From: a virus
Taxonomy: Duplodnaviria > Caudoviricetes
IMG/VR virus record: IMGVR_UViG_3300037311_000260
Location: 1 to 28,370 of that record
DNA length: 28,370 bases
Strand: one strand, 5' to 3'
The position numbers and the translations under genes are program-made. Below the pieces are notes generated by a model. It was not told where the DNA came from and searched no databases. It saw nothing but the letters and a program-made list of their open reading frames with translations. Below, one piece after another: positions 24,708-28,370 of this stretch (position 1 is its first letter; each line of letters opens with the position of its first letter).

Positions 24708-26377
24708 AGGCGGAAGCCCTCCAGGCGGTTGCGGCCAGGACGCTGGCCAAGCGCGATGGCCTGGCCGGGCACACCCGCCGCCATGCCTGCGCCATAGCGG
24801 ACCGCATGGGTCCACAGCATTTCGAGCGCGTCGGGCCCGTCGTCATGGGCCGCGCCCGGCCATTGCTGCAGCTGCTCGATCAGTGTGGTCTGGGAGGCGT
24901 GAAAGCGAATGAGGCCTGCCGCGATCGGCGGCTGCAGCCGCTCGATGCGCAGGCGCTTGTCGGTGTTCGGGATCACGGGAATGGCGGGCAGCGCCACCCC
25001 GGCCTTGACCGCGCGGGCCATGAGCTCGGTGCGCAGGAACTCCTGGAACTGGACGGTCTCGACAAACCAGAGCGCGGGCCGGTGCTCGGCCGCCAGCGCG
25101 ATGGTTTCCGAGATGATGACGTCGGGCAGCCTGCGCCGGATCGAGGCCTCGATCACGTCGAGCTGGCCCGTGGACGGATCGAAGCCGCCGATCAGGATGG
25201 CGGAGGGGTCGCGATGCGCCCCACGCCGGCCGAGCGACGGGTCGATCGCGCCGAACAGCACGAGCCCCGCGCGACGCTGCACCCAGAAGGTCACATCGCG
25301 GAAGGGCGCGTTCTCGGCGATCGGCTCGTTCTGATACTCGCTCGCGAAGGCGGCCGGGCTTTCGGCGCGCTCCTTCATGAGGAAGGACAACGGCTGCAGC
25401 TCGGGCCAGTTGACGATGGCGCCAGCCTCCATCTCGGGGCGGCGCGCGGCGAGGAAGGCGTCGGCGGCCGTCTCGCCCTCGTTGCGCAACGCCTCCTCCC
25501 AGCGCTCCCACAGATCCATGCGGTCGGGCAATTGCACGAGCGCCTTGAAGGCGGACGTCGACCAGGTCGGCTTGTCGGAGACGCGGCGCAGCACGGCGTC
25601 GAAATGCAGCAGCGTGCCCACCATCAGCACGTCGATCGATCCGTCGGCCGGCCCGAGCTTCAGCACGGCCTTGAGCAGCCAGCCCTCCAGCTTGTCGCGG
25701 TATTCGGGCGAACGCACGTTCTCGTCATTCTCGATGTCGTCGAGAATGACGAGGTCCGGCCGGTAGGGCCCGTGCCGGCGGCCGCGCAGCTTCTGGCGCG
25801 CGCCAACTGCGTCGAGCCGGACGCCGTTCGAGGTGACCGCGAGCCCCTCGCGCCAGGTGGGGCCGGCGCTGACCTCCGGGAAATCCTCGCGCAGACGCGG
25901 ATTGTCGGTGAGCTCGACCTTGATGGCTTCGAGCATCAGGGCGGCCTGCTCGAAGGTGTCCATGGCGATCACGACATAGCGGCGCAGACCGAGGCAGGCG
26001 CAGTAGAGCGGGAAAATCTGGCTGACCAGCGTCGACTTGGCCGAGCCGCGCGGCGCGATCACCACGTCGCGCGCGCCCCGCACCGCGCCGCCCGTGCGAT
26101 GCGCGATGCGCGGCAGCATCGCGAACAGATGCAGGTGCAGGCGGTTGGGGGCGGATGTGAGGTAATGCGGAAAATACGTCTCCGCGAAGGTCCTGAAGCC
26201 GGAGACCGGGTCACGCACGGCGGCGAGCCGCGCGCGCCGCGCGTCGGCGTCGACCGCGAAGCCGCCGACCTTGGCCTCGATCGTGCGGCGCAGCCGGTCG
26301 GTCAGCGCCGACACCTCGTCGCGGAAGCGGTGGGCGGAGAGCGGGCCAGACGCGCCCCTGAGGCCGCCGGCGCTCAC
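24704..26377 (-). CDS. terL: Terminase large subunit
   Basis: Walker A APRGSAKST, Walker B VILDDIE, nuclease motifs GAIDPS and HDDGPDALE. GTGA overlap with the small subunit stop. Confidence 0.95.
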   Translation of the reverse strand: MSAGGLRGASGPLSAHRFRDEVSALTDRLRRTIEAKVGGFAVDADARRARLAAVRDPVSGFRTFAETYFPHYLTSAPNRLHLHLFAMLPRIAHRTGGAVRGARDVVIAPRGSAKSTLVSQIFPLYCACLGLRRYVVIAMDTFEQAALMLEAIKVELTDNPRLREDFPEVSAGPTWREGLAVTSNGVRLDAVGARQKLRGRRHGPYRPDLVILDDIENDENVRSPEYRDKLEGWLLKAVLKLGPADGSIDVLMVGTLLHFDAVLRRVSDKPTWSTSAFKALVQLPDRMDLWERWEEALRNEGETAADAFLAARRPEMEAGAIVNWPELQPLSFLMKERAESPAAFASEYQNEPIAENAPFRDVTFWVQRRAGLVLFGAIDPSLGRRGAHRDPSAILIGGFDPSTGQLDVIEASIRRRLPDVIISETIALAAEHRPALWFVETVQFQEFLRTELMARAVKAGVALPAIPVIPNTDKRLRIERLQPPIAAGLIRFHASQTTLIEQLQQWPGAAHDDGPDALEMLWTHAVRYGAGMAAGVPGQAIALGQRPGRNRLEGFRL

Positions 26378-26871
26378 TTGTAGATCCGCCCGAGTTCCGC
26401 GCCGAAGGGTTCGAGCACGGCCAGCAGCGCGTCGGCCGCGTCGGGCCGCTGCGCCGCGACATGGCGGGCCAGCCGGTCGAGCACATCCATGGCGACGCCC
26501 AGCTCGGAGATTTTCGGCGTCAGCCGGCCCGCGGCGCTGACGGTCTTGTTGAAGCTGTCGGCGAGGGCCGCGAGGATTTTCGCTTTGTCGGCCGGATCGA
26601 TCTCGGCGGTCTTCAGCTGCTCGATCGTCGCCTGATGCTGGACCACGTAGTCCTGCACCACCTGGGTGACGATCCGCTCCAGACCCTGGCCCGCCATGGA
26701 GGAAGCGACGCGGGCCTGATCCCAATCGTCGCCATCGGCGCGGGCTTCCGCCTTCCAGCGGCGCACGGTCGGCTCCGACGCGCCGACCGCCAGCGCGATC
26801 TGCGGCAAGGTCAGCCGCTCATAGATGTACTTGGCGCGGGCCTCCCGCCGCGTCGCGGCGTCATGCGCCAT
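26374..26871 (-). CDS. Terminase small subunit-like protein (DUF1804)
   Basis: MAHDAATRREAR...HTH TVRRWK...GDDWDQAR...LADSFNK...LEPFG; directly upstream of terL. Confidence 0.85.
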   Translation of the reverse strand: MAHDAATRREARAKYIYERLTLPQIALAVGASEPTVRRWKAEARADGDDWDQARVASSMAGQGLERIVTQVVQDYVVQHQATIEQLKTAEIDPADKAKILAALADSFNKTVSAAGRLTPKISELGVAMDVLDRLARHVAAQRPDAADALLAVLEPFGAELGRIYK

Positions 26872-26872
26872 C

Positions 26873-27220
26873 TCATCCTCCAAGCCGGCTTTTGGCGAGG
26901 CTGACGCCTGCCTGGACAATGTCCTCGTCGACGCGGCTCGGCCGCAGCACGCTCTCGATGATGGCGTCGCGGCTGAGATGCCGCGCGCCCATCTCGGTCA
27001 GCGTGGCCACGAGCACGCTGCCGCGCTCGCTGAGCGTCACGGCCCCGGCCTCGGCGAGCCAGCGCATTTCGGTGTGGACCCAGGCGCGCTCGCGGCGGAT
27101 GGCGAAGCCTTCGAGCTCCAGCTGCAGCTGCGTGCTGGTCAGCGTCTCGTTCACGGGCTCAGCCAAGGCCTTCAGGATGATCAGGCGCGCTTCGGCGCGG
27201 ATGCGGTCGGCGAGCGTCAT
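26873..27220 (-). CDS. Mu gp26-like winged-helix protein
   Basis: EARLIILKAL...EMRWLAEAGAV...ATLTEMG...VLRPS. ATGA coupling to the upstream gene. Confidence 0.8.
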   Translation of the reverse strand: MTLADRIRAEARLIILKALAEPVNETLTSTQLQLELEGFAIRRERAWVHTEMRWLAEAGAVTLSERGSVLVATLTEMGARHLSRDAIIESVLRPSRVDEDIVQAGVSLAKSRLGG

Positions 27221-27573
27221 TTGCCCCGCTCCAGCAGATATTCTTGCAGGCGCGCGGCCGTGTTTGAGACCGGCTTCAGCCGCTCGTCCAGCTGCGCCAA
27301 TTGCCCCTTCAGATCGGACAGCGCGAGCTCCATGCGGTGGGTCGCGTCGCGATCCGGCAGGTGCTCGATGTCTTTCTCCATCAAGGTCAGACGACCCTCC
27401 GACATGTAGGCTTTGGCCTCTATCGCCGTCACACGCCCCTGGATCGCCCCGATGTCGGTCGTGAATTTTTCCCGCGTGACGAACTTTGACGCGAGCAACA
27501 GGACGATGACGCTCGCCAGCAGCGCAATCGCTCCGCCGTACCGTTGCAGGAAGTCCAGGATTTCCACGGTCAT
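27217..27573 (-). CDS. DUF2730 (Mu gp25-like) membrane-anchored coiled-coil protein
   Basis: N-terminal TM segment; RLTLMEKDIEHLPDRDATHRMELALSDLKG...LQEYLLE. Confidence 0.85.
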   Translation of the reverse strand: MTVEILDFLQRYGGAIALLASVIVLLLASKFVTREKFTTDIGAIQGRVTAIEAKAYMSEGRLTLMEKDIEHLPDRDATHRMELALSDLKGQLAQLDERLKPVSNTAARLQEYLLERGK

Positions 27574-28160
27574 CGCCCCGCACACCACGGTTTTTGTTTC
27601 GCGCGGCCGTCATAGGGCACGGCGAGCCCGGCCTCGATCAGCGCGGCCCCGACGGAGCGCCAGCGTCCGGCGTCGAGCACCTCCAGCGCGGCCACGATGC
27701 GGCCGGCGTATTTGTCCGGTCGGCCCGCAACCACGCGGGCAGGGCGTGGTTGTCCCTTGCCCTCAACGAGATCCCGCGTGAAGGCGAGCGCCTGTCGCCC
27801 AAGCCGGTGCTCGGCGTCGCAGGCGGCGCAGGATTGCCCGCCCGAGCGCGCGCCGCGCGCGCCGCAGCGGTGCGCTTCGGGGGCGTCGATATCGAGCAGC
27901 CGGACGGACATCACCTGCCCGGGGCAGGGTCCGCGGCCGCAGGGCCCATCCCGGAACCGCACCTCCACCGTGTCGCCATCGAGCACGGCGACGACGTCGA
28001 CGGAAAAGGGCCCCGGCCAGCGGCGCGTCTCGCGCGCCGCCGCGCCGGGGACAGTCAGGGAGGAAACGCCCCAGGCGGCGGGGCCTCCGCCGGTCTCCCG
28101 GCGAAGCTCGACGCCGGCCAGGCCGGCGCAAAACACGAGACAGGCGAGCAGCAGGCGCAT
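27570..28160 (-). CDS. Secreted thermonuclease (SNase-like)
   Basis: Signal-like N-terminus; VLDGDT, VRLLDIDAPE, DKYAGR, LIEAGLAVPYDG...PWC. Confidence 0.9.
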   Translation of the reverse strand: MRLLLACLVFCAGLAGVELRRETGGGPAAWGVSSLTVPGAAARETRRWPGPFSVDVVAVLDGDTVEVRFRDGPCGRGPCPGQVMSVRLLDIDAPEAHRCGARGARSGGQSCAACDAEHRLGRQALAFTRDLVEGKGQPRPARVVAGRPDKYAGRIVAALEVLDAGRWRSVGAALIEAGLAVPYDGRAKQKPWCAGR

Positions 28161-28370
28161 CAACGGGTCCTTTGGCGGATGGTCTGGCAGACCGGCTGAC
28201 GCCAGCCCTCGGCCGCGCAGATCGCGCGGCGGAGCCCGCCATAATCACCGATCCACTGGGGCCAGCGCGCGCCCTCGGGCGCGGCCTCGATCTCGTCGGC
28301 GACCCGCGCCTGCTCATCGGCAGGATAGGTCTTGAGCGGGATGCGCACCATGGTCGGCCCCTCAGAACGC
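28160..28370 (-). CDS. Probable o-spanin (Rz1-like), 5' end probably outside the window
   Basis: YPADEQARVADEIEA...WIGDYGGLRRAIC. The frame stays open past ATG 28351 to the window edge. Another frame ends ...GCG TTC TGA at 28362-28370, possibly an overlapping i-spanin. Confidence 0.5.
   Translation of the reverse strand, partial: RSEGPTMVRIPLKTYPADEQARVADEIEAAPEGARWPQWIGDYGGLRRAICAAEGWRQPVCQTIRQRTR

Larger units (their letters stand above)
209..28370 (-). mobile_element. Mu-like (transposable) prophage, late operons and right end; continues beyond the window
   Basis: Contiguous Mu-type head gene order (DUF2730, gp26, terminase, DUF935 portal, gpF, gpG, protease), contractile tail, terminal methyltransferase, and a TG terminus with tandem repeats at 209. 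Confidence 0.93.

Noticed and set aside
592-26383. Long + strand ORFs (e.g. 592-1539, 8919-10043, 10637-12553, 14897-16747, 19741-21042, 24806-26383)
   Set aside because: These are antisense shadows of well-supported minus-strand genes in high-GC DNA, with Arg/Gly/Ala-rich translations and no motifs.
24708-26725. Extended starts for portal (24815) and TerL (26725), and likewise for gp26, gpU, gpJ, gpI-like and the protease
   Set aside because: They overlap upstream genes extensively. Coupled ATGA/GTGA starts or RBS-supported starts give family-typical N-termini.

Overview
Nearly the whole window (209 to the right edge) is the late-gene half and right end of a transposable (Mu/B3/BcepMu-like) prophage in a high-GC host, probably an alphaproteobacterium. 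It is transcribed almost entirely on the minus strand. From right to left it carries: spanin-like gene, secreted SNase-type nuclease, Mu gp25/gp26-like genes, terminase small and large subunits, DUF935 portal, MuF fused to a PBECR2-like nuclease, gpG, protease/scaffold, DUF2190 cement, major capsid, head-tail genes, contractile sheath and tube, tail chaperone with a -1 frameshift, tape measure, P2-like baseplate genes (U, X, D, V, W, J, I), a tail fibre cassette and a D12/Dam-type adenine methyltransferase. The end begins TGTAGCG at 209 and has two 22-bp-period repeats. Positions 1-208 are host DNA with the 5' end of a TauE/SafE-family transporter gene. The most notable items are: a MuF-RNase fusion followed by a pseudoknot-capable RNA element instead of an immunity gene; an antisense HEPN (RxxxxH) moron; an Acb2/Tad1-like ORF between tube and chaperone; a multi-hairpin RNA after the capsid genes; two identical 21-bp putative late-promoter boxes, each 32 bp from an ATG; and a fibre-associated protein with a split DUF2190-like domain. 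All family calls come from motif recognition by eye; no database searches were run.
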